Part shown: positions 1 through 10,842 of the stretch, piece by piece
Layout of the letters: every line of letters begins with the position of its first letter
Position numbering within the stretch: the first letter of the stretch is position 1
Assembly: GCA_903861715.1 (NCBI GenBank)
Contig: CAIOVI010000037.1
Location: 1-54,182 of the forward strand
Origin: an uncultured bacterium
GTDB lineage: Bacteria; Patescibacteriota; Minisyncoccia; Moranbacterales; GWC2-37-73
Direction: 5' to 3'
DNA: 54,182 nucleotides
Notes under the pieces: model-generated
What the model was told of the DNA's origin: nothing
The model's database searches: none
What the model saw: the letters and a program-made list of their open reading frames with translations, nothing else
Program-made: the position numbers and the translations under genes

Positions 1-3000
1 TAAAATATAACGCTTGTGCATAACTTGCAGAATAAAACCTTCCAGCATTGTCTACATTAAACTTGCTCGCACCACCCACCTGCAAATCCATCAAATTCCC
101 TGTGTACCCACTCACTTCATCGACTGCAATCGAGGTTCCGTTTGCCGAACCGGCGAATTTGCCGGCGGTTGAACCGTCGAACGCTCCGCCTCCAATTGAG
201 AGCGTTCCATAATTAACCGAGGCTGTCGGAGCGCCGGAGACACTGAGTTTTCCGTAGGGCGTAGAGGTGCCGATGCCGACGTTGCCGTTCGTATTTATAT
301 ACATTGAATAAGCACCGGTAGTTCCAACGGAACCCTGATAGAATCCAATTCCTGCTTTACTATAGTCATCAAAAATTAACTTTTGACCACCAGACCACAG
401 ATAATTTCCACTTGAAGGACCCGCTACTTGCGTGCCGCCGTCTTTAACGGTCCCAAAGATAATTCCATCAGTGTATGCGCTCAGTTTGTTATCGCCCACA
501 AAGAATAGCGAATTATTTGCGGCAGCATCATAGGCTGCAAACACATAGCCGTTCTGAGAACTTGAAACTTGGAGCTTTCCGTAAGTATCGGCAACAGTAT
601 TGCCAATCACAGTAGTCCCGTTAACCTGCAAAGCCGCCCCCGGACTCGTCGTCCCGATTCCGACATTGCCGTTGCCCAAAACAGCCAAGCGAGAACCGCC
701 GGTCAGGGTGTAGGCCACACTAGTGTTGGCGTTGGTGATGGCAGCCACAGTCATGGAGGTGTCAGATCCAATAGCTGAAATTGCAACAGTTTGTCCGCCA
801 ACGGTCACCGTGTCTCCAACTTTGAAAGTGTTGGTGAATTGCGTTCCCACACCCGTAAGCGTTGTGCCACCCGCCGTGTTGGAAACTGTGCCAGGCCCCG
901 TGGTTGGTTGCGTGACCTGGAGAAGTCCTGCTGGCGCAGTGGTGCCAATGCCGACGTTGCCTTGATAATCTATAGTGACCTTTTCACTCGTCCCAGTATA
1001 AAAACGATACCCTCCTCCGTTTGCAGCACCAGTTTGAAACCAAATATCATATTTAGAATTTCTTAAAGCCCCTATCCCTTGTCCGAAGAAATTAGTAGGT
1101 GCACTATTAAATCCCAACAAAGCCCCCGTGCTAATACCAGCAATCGGGTCGGCAGTGACCACGTTTAATAGAGACAAATACCCGTTTGTGGTTGCTACAT
1201 TCCCAGAAGTGGGATTATAACCAATATTCACTAAAGGAATACTATTGGCAACATTATATCCAACGCTTAATAAATTACTCGGACTCGTCGTCCCGATCCC
1301 CACATTCCCCGCCGCCACAATGAGTCCATAGTTATTGGTTCCGCCTGAAGCATTGAGATAAAGTCCGACGTTGGTGCCAGAACCAGTGTGGGTGTTTGAA
1401 ATCTGCGCCCCATAGGTTGAAATAGCCGCCGTGGCATTGGCTCCGGTGGTCAGAATGTTGAGCGCCGTTTGCGAAGCGCCAGCTGCGGTGCCAGAAACTT
1501 GCAGATCCATGAGGTCTCCGGTGGTGAGGGTTGAAGAAGCGCCGTAAAAACCAGTTCCCGTGGTGAGCGAATTGGCCGAAAGATTGAGAGCGGCTCCTGT
1601 GGTGATGCCAGTAGCATTGGCCGAAACAATTGAAAGCGTGCCACCAGGCGTGGCGTTGCCAATTCCAATTCTCCCATTCGTGCTATCCACATTCAAAAGA
1701 GTTGTCCCAGCCGAATTGGTGAGATTAAGAGCGCTCGTGCCAGCTGCCAGCATCCAGGCTTGGGCTTGATTGAGAGCCACGCCGCCAGCTGCGTCCAAGA
1801 CAATTTTTCCAGCGTTGAAAGTTTGCAAAGTCAAATAACTGGAACCAAAAGTTTCACCAGCCGAAATGGCAACTGGTCCAGCCGAATGAATGGTGGCAGA
1901 AGTTGCGTTGGTGAAAGTCAAATCATAAGCCATGGAAACATCGCCCACCGCCATGAAGGAAGTTGGATTGTTGAAAGTTGAAGCCGCTTCAGAAATGGTC
2001 ACGATGTCAGAGCCGTTGGCATTGAGATTGAGCAAATTGCCCGTGCCATCCGTGCGAATGGAAAGTCCGCCAGCCGAGCTGCCAGGGTTGAGGTTGTAAA
2101 TTCTGGCCAGATAGTCATTGGTGGATTTGGAAACATCCAACAAATATTGTGGGCTTGTATTGCCCAGCCCCAAGCGACTGTTTGTTCCATCATAGAAAAA
2201 ATTGGAATTGTCTTGCGCCATGTTGCCAGAAGCGTTGGCATAAAGCACCGAGCCGGCCGTGACCGAAGCAATGTTGCCGCCAATGGCCATCCCACCAGCG
2301 CCGGCTGAAATGGAAGTCCAAGCGCCGGTGGAATTTCTATATTCAATAATTCCCCCATTGTCACGCATGCCATAACCGCCTGCACCCGCCGTGGCTCCCC
2401 AGTTGAGATAGGAAGACGCAGTCAAATTCAAATTGCCAAAAAGTTTGGTCAGTGTGGTGGAAGCATTGCCGATGACGGTGGTGTTGGCGCCAAGTCCAAC
2501 TGCGCCATAGCCAATCACAATCGAATTAGGATCACTATTGGTAGCGCCCCTGGAACCAGCTCCGAGATAAATGGAATTTTCTGGATCAGTCATGGCAGTG
2601 ACTCCATCAGCTTGGAATTGTCCAGCTTGATAACCAAATGCCACATTGTTGGAACCAATTGTGTTGGCAAAAAGAGCATTGCTGCCAAAAGTGCTGTTGT
2701 AATTTCCGGTGGTGTTGCCAGCCGAAGCGCCAGCGCCAACCGCTGAGTTATAAGCTCCATTTGTGAGCGCCGAAAGTGTCGTGACTCCCAAGCCAGTGTT
2801 GAAGGAGGCCTGCGTGCCAGTTCCTGACATCGTGAAATTGCCAGCGCTGGTGCCGGCAAAAAAATTGCTGCCGCTGGTTCCGCTAGCCGCAAAATTGTGA
2901 ATAAAACGATTGACGCCTTTGTAAATCACGCCCGTGGTGGCAGTGGTGGTGTCGACCATGGCCAAAGACCCCGTCAGAGAAAGTTGCTGCGCAGCCGAGG

Positions 3001-6000
3001 TGGTGCCAAGTCCGATGTTGCCATTATCAAGCGCCACGATGCCCAGCGTGCCAGTGGCACTTTGGGTTTGAAAAGCAATGCCAGTGCCGGTGCCAGCGCC
3101 ACGCACATCCAATCTGCCAGCTGGCACAATTGTGCCAAGTCCCAGCCTAGAGTTGGCATCATCCCAGAAAAAATTGGTGTTGCTTTGATTGTAAGCTCCG
3201 GAATTTCCAGCAAAAACCACTGAGCCTTTGGTGAAGCGAGTTGGCGAACCAGTGCCACCATAAATCGGATCGATCACGGCTCCATTCCAAGTTCCATTGG
3301 CAATGGTGCCGGTGCGAACAATGTCAGAAAGATTGCCAGAAGTGATGACGGTGCCAGAAGCATCAGGCAAGAAATAGGTGCGTGCAGCAGTCAGATCGTT
3401 GATGGTGAGTTGTCCCCTGCCTTGCGGATCATAAAACCAAAGTGAAGTGCCAGCTGCGCCAGTGGCGGAAAAAGCATCTCCCGTCAAAGCGTTGCCGACT
3501 GAAGTGATGTCGCCGATGCCACCAGAACCAGCTGAACTCCACGCAAAATTGCTGCTAGCCGAATTATAAATCAACACTTGCCCTTCTGCGCCTGCATTTG
3601 AGGTGCTCAGATCAACTGGCAAAATAGTGCCATTGGTGATTTCGCTTGAGTCAATCGATTGACCCAACAGTGAAACTTCCCCTGAAGCATCCGGAAAAGT
3701 GATGGCACGATTGGCCGTTGGATCAGTGGTGTGTAGGGTGGTTTTATTTTGATCAATCGTAGCTCCCTGCAAGGTGATGTCACCCGTGGAAACGTCAAAG
3801 AAAAAAGCTGAATCCGTGGTGCTATTGCCACCCAGCGCCATGTCGCTAGTAATTGAATTGAGATAGGTGTAGCTGCCAGCATCCGTCCATTTGGAAGCGC
3901 CTGCCCCACCCGTGTTGGAAATCCAAACAAAGCCAGTTGAAATTGGATCGTAGGATAGAATGTAACCAGCCGAAGGACCATTGGTTGCAGCTAGATTGCC
4001 TGATTTGATGGTGGCACTGGCAATTTTGTTGCCAGTGATTGCGCTAGCGCCGATTGAAAAAACTCCTGCCGCAGTGATGGAAGCGTCGCCAGAAAGAGAA
4101 ACAAAAGCTGGAGTCAAGGTTCCATTGGAAACAAGCAACTGACCAGCCGAGATCGGAGCAGTGGCGGTGATAGCACTAGTGCCGTTGCCCAACAAAACGC
4201 CGTGCGGAGTAAAGACCCCCGCTCCGGTGCCACCACTGGCGATTGGCAAAAGTCCAACCACCGCCGAAGTCAAATCCACGGTCGTCCCCAAGGTGGAAGA
4301 AATGGTAATCATTGCTGAATCATTGTTGATGGCAATACCTTGACCCGCCATGAGCGTTCCCAAAGTGTAGCCACTGCCATTGCCAATCAGCAGGGCTCCG
4401 AAACCAGCGACCGTTCCATCCAGCCCGGTTCCCCCGTGCGCCACCGAAAGAGTCGGCGAAATGCTCCAGGTGCCCGAAGAAATGGTTGGCACTCCGCTTA
4501 AAGCATGCGTGTCCAATCCTGTCCCGCCAAGGTTTGCAGCCAGGGTTGAAGTGATATTCCACGCCCCTAAAGCAACAGTTGCCACTCCTGTTAAGGCGGA
4601 CGTATTCAGCCCCGTCCCACCATAAGCAGCGCCAATAGCGGCGCCATGCCAAGTGCCATTCGTGATAGTTGCTAGCTGAGTAATGTCGGGGAAATTGCCA
4701 GTCGTGATGATGGTGCCCGATGCATCTGGCAAAGTGTAGGTGCGAGGATTAGAAAGCGGTGCCAGTGTAAGTTGGCCCCGCCCGTGAGAATCATAAAACC
4801 AAAGCGAAGAACCTTGCGTGGAAGTTGCGGTAAAAGCGTCGTTGGAAATCACATCGCCGATTGAAGTAATATCGCCAATTCCACCTGAACCGATAGCCAC
4901 GGAACCAAAACCGCCAGTCGCATTATCATACACAATCACCTCACCATCTCTCGGCGCACCAGTCACTCCCGTGAAATTAAGGTCGGCTCCCAAAATCGTG
5001 CCGTTGGTAATTTCGCCCGTTTCAATTGTCTGACCCAAAGCAGAAAGTTCGCCGCTAACATTTGGCAAAGTCAGCGTGCGGTTGGCCGTTGGATCAACCA
5101 AGGTAAATGTTGTGCGATATTCATCAATCGTTGCTCCTTGAAAAATGATGCTATTGGAAGCTGCATCAAAGAACAGCGGCGCATCGATGGCTGAAGAAGA
5201 ACCAAGCGCCAAACCATTGGTTGTCTTGGAAAGATAGGTGTAAGCGCCAGTATCCGTCCACTTGGAAGCGCCCGAGCCGCCCGTGTTGGAAATCCAAGTA
5301 AAGCGCCCCAAGGAATCATATGTCAGAATATAGCCAGCAGTCGGATCATTAGTAACACTAAGATTATTTTCCTTAATTGTGTTATCAGCAATTTTCAAGC
5401 TATCAATTGCTCCAGTTCCAATGGTGATGGCGCCCGTAGCCGCAAGCGTTGCGTCGCCGCCAAGCGTTGCGAAAAATGGAAGGCCGCTAGCATTTGCGAG
5501 CAAAAGTTGTCCGCTCGTGCCAGCAGCTGAAGCTGCCACCGCGCTCGTGCCATTGCCGAAAAGCACCCCGTTAGTTGTCAGCGTGCTAGTGCCAGTGCCA
5601 CCGTTGACCACCGGCAAAATTCCCTCCACTTCCGAAGCAAGGTCAACCGAAGTGCCCAAAGTTGATGCGATCGAAATGGCTCCTGACGTATTCGCAATCG
5701 AAATGCCTAAACCAGGAGTCAGAGTCGCCAAGGTATAGCCCGAGCCGTTGCCAATCAGCAGCGCTCCGAAACCTGCCCCCGAACCGTCCAATCCAGTGCC
5801 ACCATAGTGAGTGGAAATGTTGCTTCCCTGCCAAACCCCAGTCGTAATGGTGCCAAGACTTCCCCAAGTCGAGAGTGCCACATTTTCCACGTTGCTCAAA
5901 CCAAGATCAGCTTTGGTCAAAGTTTGCCAGTTGACATCAATGCCATCGGAACGCAACACCTTGCCAGTGTCGCCGATTGGCAAGCGTCTCCACAAAGGAG

Positions 6001-7075
6001 TTGAGCCTTGTCCCACAATGAGGTCGCCCCTTTGAACCGAAGAAGCTTCCGTGTCAGGGTGCATCGAAGAAAGCAAGTTATGCTGACTGCCCGTGGTGCA
6101 AAGTTCCCAATAGGGAACGTTGTCTCTAACCTTCAGGCAATATCCTTCCGTGCCAATCGGCAAGGCAGCGAGCGCATTTTGCGCACTAGCAAAAAGCAGG
6201 TCGCCAGGATTGAAAGACGCCAGCCCCAAACCTCCCCGCCCAACTGGCAGAATCCCTGACACAAGTTTATCAGTGCTAAATTGCGAAGCCGTAGTTAAAA
6301 CCTGATCAAAAACAGAACCGTTGTTGGAAAGTTTCCAAACTCGCTCAGTTGCATCGAAGCGCAAAGTTGGCTTGGCGCTGTCATTTGAAACCGCCAAGTC
6401 AAAATTGGTCGAACCAACTGAAGTGCCTGAACCCACATTGAAAATAGTTTGGTCAGTGCCAGTGTCAGTGTTTTGATTGTGCAAACGAGAGTCGCTGCCC
6501 GTGATGAGTTGGCCAGTGCCAGTGCCAGTTGGCAACATCGCAACGTCAATTTGTCCGCCCGCTCCCAACATTGGAATGTCGCCCGCTTGATTGCCAATAG
6601 TTTTGCCTTGCAAATAAACTGAGTTGATGGCTGCTGGCACCGAACCAATTTTTTTGCGCGGAGCCATTTCGCCATCATTGCCAATCATCACTCCCAAATA
6701 ATAATCACCATTACTGAAAGTCAAAGAAACTGGCAAAGGAGTGGTGCTGCCCAAATAAGTGCTGATGAGTCCATTGGTGATGCTGATTTTTTGAGTTTCT
6801 GACCACACCTGCGAAGCTTTGTCGGAGTTGGATGGATACGGATCAAAATTTTGACGATCAGTAGTGTAAATCGCAAAACGCACATCATAATCACCATTAG
6901 CCAAGGCGGTTTTATCCCTATTGAGGACATAAGCAGAAATTGGAATTTGAGCGTTGGTTTGATTGACTTTGGTTTGCGCTTGAGCCGAAACAAAATTAGT
7001 CAAAAAAGCCAAGCCAAAAAACACCAAGCCAACACTTGCTGAAAGCATTATTTTAATTTTGTTTTTGATGTTCAT
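1..7075 (-). CDS. Giant (>2358 aa, 3'-truncated by window edge) secreted fibre/adhesin-like protein with GNVGIGTTxP repeats
   Basis: Manual translation from ATG 7075 gives MNIKNKIKIMLSASVGLVFFGLAFLTNFVSAQAQ (signal-peptide-like), then ...RFAIY...VWSETQKISITNGLISTYLGSTTPL..., and stays open to ...SYAQALYF at position 2. G/T/S/A-rich with repeated GGTG and GNVGIGT motifs. Missing from the ORF track, probably because there is no stop in the window. Confidence 0.9.
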   Translation of the reverse strand, partial: MNIKNKIKIMLSASVGLVFFGLAFLTNFVSAQAQTKVNQTNAQIPISAYVLNRDKTALANGDYDVRFAIYTTDRQNFDPYPSNSDKASQVWSETQKISITNGLISTYLGSTTPLPVSLTFSNGDYYLGVMIGNDGEMAPRKKIGSVPAAINSVYLQGKTIGNQAGDIPMLGAGGQIDVAMLPTGTGTGQLITGSDSRLHNQNTDTGTDQTIFNVGSGTSVGSTNFDLAVSNDSAKPTLRFDATERVWKLSNNGSVFDQVLTTASQFSTDKLVSGILPVGRGGLGLASFNPGDLLFASAQNALAALPIGTEGYCLKVRDNVPYWELCTTGSQHNLLSSMHPDTEASSVQRGDLIVGQGSTPLWRRLPIGDTGKVLRSDGIDVNWQTLTKADLGLSNVENVALSTWGSLGTITTGVWQGSNISTHYGGTGLDGSGAGFGALLIGNGSGYTLATLTPGLGISIANTSGAISIASTLGTSVDLASEVEGILPVVNGGTGTSTLTTNGVLFGNGTSAVAASAAGTSGQLLLANASGLPFFATLGGDATLAATGAITIGTGAIDSLKIADNTIKENNLSVTNDPTAGYILTYDSLGRFTWISNTGGSGASKWTDTGAYTYLSKTTNGLALGSSSAIDAPLFFDAASNSIIFQGATIDEYRTTFTLVDPTANRTLTLPNVSGELSALGQTIETGEITNGTILGADLNFTGVTGAPRDGEVIVYDNATGGFGSVAIGSGGIGDITSIGDVISNDAFTATSTQGSSLWFYDSHGRGQLTLAPLSNPRTYTLPDASGTIITTGNFPDITQLATITNGTWHGAAIGAAYGGTGLNTSALTGVATVALGAWNITSTLAANLGGTGLDTHALSGVPTISSGTWSISPTLSVAHGGTGLDGTVAGFGALLIGNGSGYTLGTLMAGQGIAINNDSAMITISSTLGTTVDLTSAVVGLLPIASGGTGAGVFTPHGVLLGNGTSAITATAPISAGQLLVSNGTLTPAFVSLSGDASITAAGVFSIGASAITGNKIASATIKSGNLAATNGPSAGYILSYDPISTGFVWISNTGGAGASKWTDAGSYTYLNSITSDMALGGNSTTDSAFFFDVSTGDITLQGATIDQNKTTLHTTDPTANRAITFPDASGEVSLLGQSIDSSEITNGTILPVDLSTSNAGAEGQVLIYNSASSNFAWSSAGSGGIGDITSVGNALTGDAFSATGAAGTSLWFYDPQGRGQLTINDLTAARTYFLPDASGTVITSGNLSDIVRTGTIANGTWNGAVIDPIYGGTGSPTRFTKGSVVFAGNSGAYNQSNTNFFWDDANSRLGLGTIVPAGRLDVRGAGTGTGIAFQTQSATGTLGIVALDNGNIGLGTTSAAQQLSLTGSLAMVDTTTATTGVIYKGVNRFIHNFAASGTSGSNFFAGTSAGNFTMSGTGTQASFNTGLGVTTLSALTNGAYNSAVGAGASAGNTTGNYNSTFGSNALFANTIGSNNVAFGYQAGQFQADGVTAMTDPENSIYLGAGSRGATNSDPNSIVIGYGAVGLGANTTVIGNASTTLTKLFGNLNLTASSYLNWGATAGAGGYGMRDNGGIIEYRNSTGAWTSISAGAGGMAIGGNIASVTAGSVLYANASGNMAQDNSNFFYDGTNSRLGLGNTSPQYLLDVSKSTNDYLARIYNLNPGSSAGGLSIRTDGTGNLLNLNANGSDIVTISEAASTFNNPTSFMAVGDVSMAYDLTFTNATSATIHSAGPVAISAGETFGSSYLTLQTFNAGKIVLDAAGGVALNQAQAWMLAAGTSALNLTNSAGTTLLNVDSTNGRIGIGNATPGGTLSIVSANATGITTGAALNLSANSLTTGTGFYGASSTLTTGDLMDLQVSGTAAGASQTALNILTTGANATAAISTYGAQISNTHTGSGTNVGLYLNASGGTNNYGLIVAAGNVGIGTTSPSNLLSVGYNVANSIPLVNIGYNPTSGNVATTNGYLSLLNVVTADPIAGISTGALLGFNSAPTNFFGQGIGALRNSKYDIWFQTGAANGGGYRFYTGTSEKVTIDYQGNVGIGTTAPAGLLQVTQPTTGPGTVSNTAGGTTLTGVGTQFTNTFKVGDTVTVGGQTVAISAIGSDTSMTVAAITNANTSVAYTLTGGSRLAVLGNGNVGIGTTSPGAALQVNGTTVIGNTVADTYGKLQVSSSQNGYVFAAYDAAANNSLFFVGDNKLSAYTDGIIFGTVKDGGTQVAGPSSGNYLWSGGQKLIFDDYSKAGIGFYQGSVGTTGAYSMYINTNGNVGIGTSTPYGKLSVSGAPTASVNYGTLSIGGGAFDGSTAGKFAGSANGTSIAVDEVSGYTGNLMDLQVGGASKFNVDNAGRFYSASYAQALYF
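3258..5805 (-). repeat. Internal ~1.37-kb (~455 aa) duplication inside the giant protein
   Basis: GGTGLDG.GAGFGALLIGNGSGYTL, SKWTDxGxYTYL, DPTANR, GGIGDITS and SLWFYDxxGRGQLT each occur twice. DNA anchors are at 5751/4383, 5252/3881 and 4792/3431. Confidence 0.85.
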
Positions 7076-7265
7076 CACCCTGATAATTTTTCGGCAATTA
7101 AAAGCTTTTTTTGCTTCTTAGCCAACCTTCTTTTACTTCCAAAGTATAGCATGATTTTGACTTTTTTTGTAGTGGAAATTTGGGCGTTTTTTTGACGCAA
7201 CTGTGGATAACTTTTTGGAGCTTGTTTTGAAGTCCCAACCTCCCTAAAATCCACAACCAAGCAAA

Positions 7266-7296
7266 CAAAAAAAGCATTCCGAAAAATGCTTTTTTC
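7266..7296. terminator. Hairpin with A/T tails downstream of gyrB
   Basis: AAAAAAAGCATT-CCGAAA-AATGCTTTTTT. Confidence 0.6.
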
Positions 7297-7325
7297 AAAT
7301 CCCCAAAATCCCAAACTGCCCAATT

Positions 7326-9425
<2,100 letters not shown>

Positions 9426-9459
9426 CTAATTTTTAATTTAAAATTTTAAATTTTTAATC

Positions 9460-9489
9460 TCAGCCCAAGGCTGATCCGCCTAGGGCGGA
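9460..9489. repeat. REP-like double hairpin of the TCCGCC-n-GGCGGA family
   Basis: TCAGCCCAAGGCTGA-TCCGCCTAGGGCGGA; same family as 10338, 51198 and 52686. Confidence 0.8.
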
Positions 9490-9605
9490 AATTTCTCAAA
9501 TGAATAAACTTTCTAACATTTAATCATTTAGGATTTCATTTTAAATTAAAAATTTCAAATTTCAAATTAATTATCTCCCTAAAAAAATTAAACTCCCAAA
9601 TCACC

Positions 9606-9986
9606 CTAACTCCCATTCCTAGTCAAGAAATAAAGTTCAATAAGGAATATTCCTGCCACGCTGAGCGCTCCATCCCACCAGGTCAAAACTCGATATTGCT
9701 GCAAGAAAAGCAAGCCTACAAACAGCAGCGCCAACAAAGCGCCTTGGCGGAAGCTGGTGCCGATATACATCATGGCTGCGTCTTCATCTTTTTGCCAGTG
9801 GTGCCAAATCCAAATGAGCAGCAATGCGAAAGTGCTTGCCAGCAGCAGAAAAAAACTGACATAAAAAAGCAGCCAACCTGGCGCTCCCGATTTTTCAGGA
9901 TCAATATGCGTCAAAACCAGCCCCCAAGCAATCAAGGTAACTGCCCAGCTGATTCTCATTCCCCACAGATATGCTTTTAAGGTCAT
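9606..9986 (-). CDS. Hypothetical 4-TM membrane protein
   Basis: Four hydrophobic segments, SFRQGALL motif; ATG 9986 preferred over the upstream TTG. Confidence 0.8.
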   Translation of the reverse strand: MTLKAYLWGMRISWAVTLIAWGLVLTHIDPEKSGAPGWLLFYVSFFLLLASTFALLLIWIWHHWQKDEDAAMMYIGTSFRQGALLALLFVGLLFLQQYRVLTWWDGALSVAGIFLIELYFLTRNGS

Positions 9987-10136
9987 GTTTTTCTTGCCCA
10001 ACCAATACCAAATCAATTTAATTCATACTAGGTAGGCGTTGGAGGCTTAGCCTCCTTGCAACTGGTAGCAATATTTAATTCAGTATAATTTGCTCTTTAA
10101 ACGGTTGGGTGTTTTTTTGTTTTTTCTTACTTATCC

Positions 10137-10165
10137 ATTATAGCTGGAAAAACTCCGAAAGGCAA
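10137..10165 (-). promoter_or_regulatory. Sigma70-type promoter for the membrane protein gene
   Basis: TTGCCT-N17-TATAAT on the minus strand. Confidence 0.55.
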
Positions 10166-10192
10166 GCAAAAAAATCAAGAAAGCGGCTTTAA

Positions 10193-10220
10193 TTGACATA
10201 ATTTCAAAAACCCGTATAAT
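10193..10220 (+). promoter_or_regulatory. Consensus sigma70 promoter of the tRNA cluster
   Basis: TTGACA-N16-TATAAT. Confidence 0.85.
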
Positions 10221-10234
10221 AAGGAATGTTATCG

Positions 10235-10315
10235 CAATTTTACGTAGCGTGCTACGTGATTGTGAAACAATTTTACGTAGCGTGCTACGTGATTGTGAAA
10301 CAATTTTACGTAGCG
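10235..10315 (+). repeat. 33-bp tandem repeat (2.5 copies) with an internal palindrome
   Basis: CAATTTTACGTAGCGTGCTACGTGATTGTGAAA at 10235 and 10268, partial copy at 10301. Confidence 0.95.
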
Positions 10316-10353
10316 GGATGGAGCAGTCTGGCAGCTCTCCGCCGGTTGGCGGA
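10312..10353 (+). pseudogene. Duplicated 5' 26 nt of tRNA-fMet followed by a REP-like hairpin
   Basis: AGCGGGATGGAGCAGTCTGGCAGCTC is identical to 10390-10415, then TCCGCCGGTTGGCGGA. Confidence 0.9.
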
Positions 10354-10389
10354 TCAAACTACAGTCAGGAAATTAGGTTTTAAAAATAT

Positions 10390-10463
10390 AGCGGGATGGA
10401 GCAGTCTGGCAGCTCGCGTGGCTCATAACCACGAGGTCGTAGGTTCGAATCCTACTCCCGCAA
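10390..10463 (+). tRNA. tRNA-fMet (CAT), initiator
   Basis: Cloverleaf, CAT anticodon, 1:72 mismatch, A11:U24, GGTTCGAATCC T arm. Confidence 0.92.
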
Positions 10464-10566
10464 CAAATCATAGAACATGAAACAAGAAACATGGAACATA
10501 AAAATGCAAAAAATATGTTTTTTTGTTTTTGCTCCATGCTCCATGTTTTGTGCTTTATGAAATCTT

Positions 10567-10640
10567 GGCAGGGTAGCTCAGTTGGTTAGAGCACAGCCTT
10601 CATAAGGCTGGGGTCGCGAGTCCGAGTCTCGCCCCTGCTA
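10567..10640 (+). tRNA. tRNA-Met (CAT), elongator (Ile2 not excluded)
   Basis: GGCAGGG/CCCTGCT acceptor stem, CAGCC-TTCATAA-GGCTG anticodon arm; T loop TCCGAGT is atypical. Confidence 0.88.
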
Positions 10641-10710
10641 CATTCAATAATTTCAAATTTCAAATTTCAAATTTCAAATTATTGAGTCGCTTTGCGACGA
10701 AAAGTTATTT

Positions 10711-10784
10711 GGGGGCGTAGCTCAGTTGGTTAGAGCGTCTGCCTGTCACGCAGAAGGTCACCGGTTCGAGCCCGGCCGTCCCCG
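10711..10784 (+). tRNA. tRNA-Asp (GTC)
   Basis: GGGGGCG/CGTCCCC acceptor stem, TCTGC-CTGTCAC-GCAGA anticodon arm, G73. Confidence 0.95.
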
Positions 10785-10790
10785 CACCAA

Positions 10791-10825
10791 CAAAAAAGCA
10801 TTCATTTTTCATGAATGCTTTTTTG
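10791..10825. terminator. Bidirectional intrinsic terminator
   Basis: CAAAAAAGCATTCAT-N5-ATGAATGCTTTTTTG between the convergent tRNA-Asp and GH130 genes. Confidence 0.8.
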
Positions 10826-10842
10826 ATTGCGGTGATACCCAG

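Noticed and set aside
569-7042. Numerous 60-130 aa ORFs in the track
   Set aside because: They are antisense or off-frame shadows of the single giant minus-strand ORF.
7202-7210. Perfect DnaA box (TGTGGATAA) near gyrB as a sign of oriC
   Set aside because: Only one perfect box with weak neighbours, and no dnaA or dnaN in the window; another isolated box lies in the comF start.
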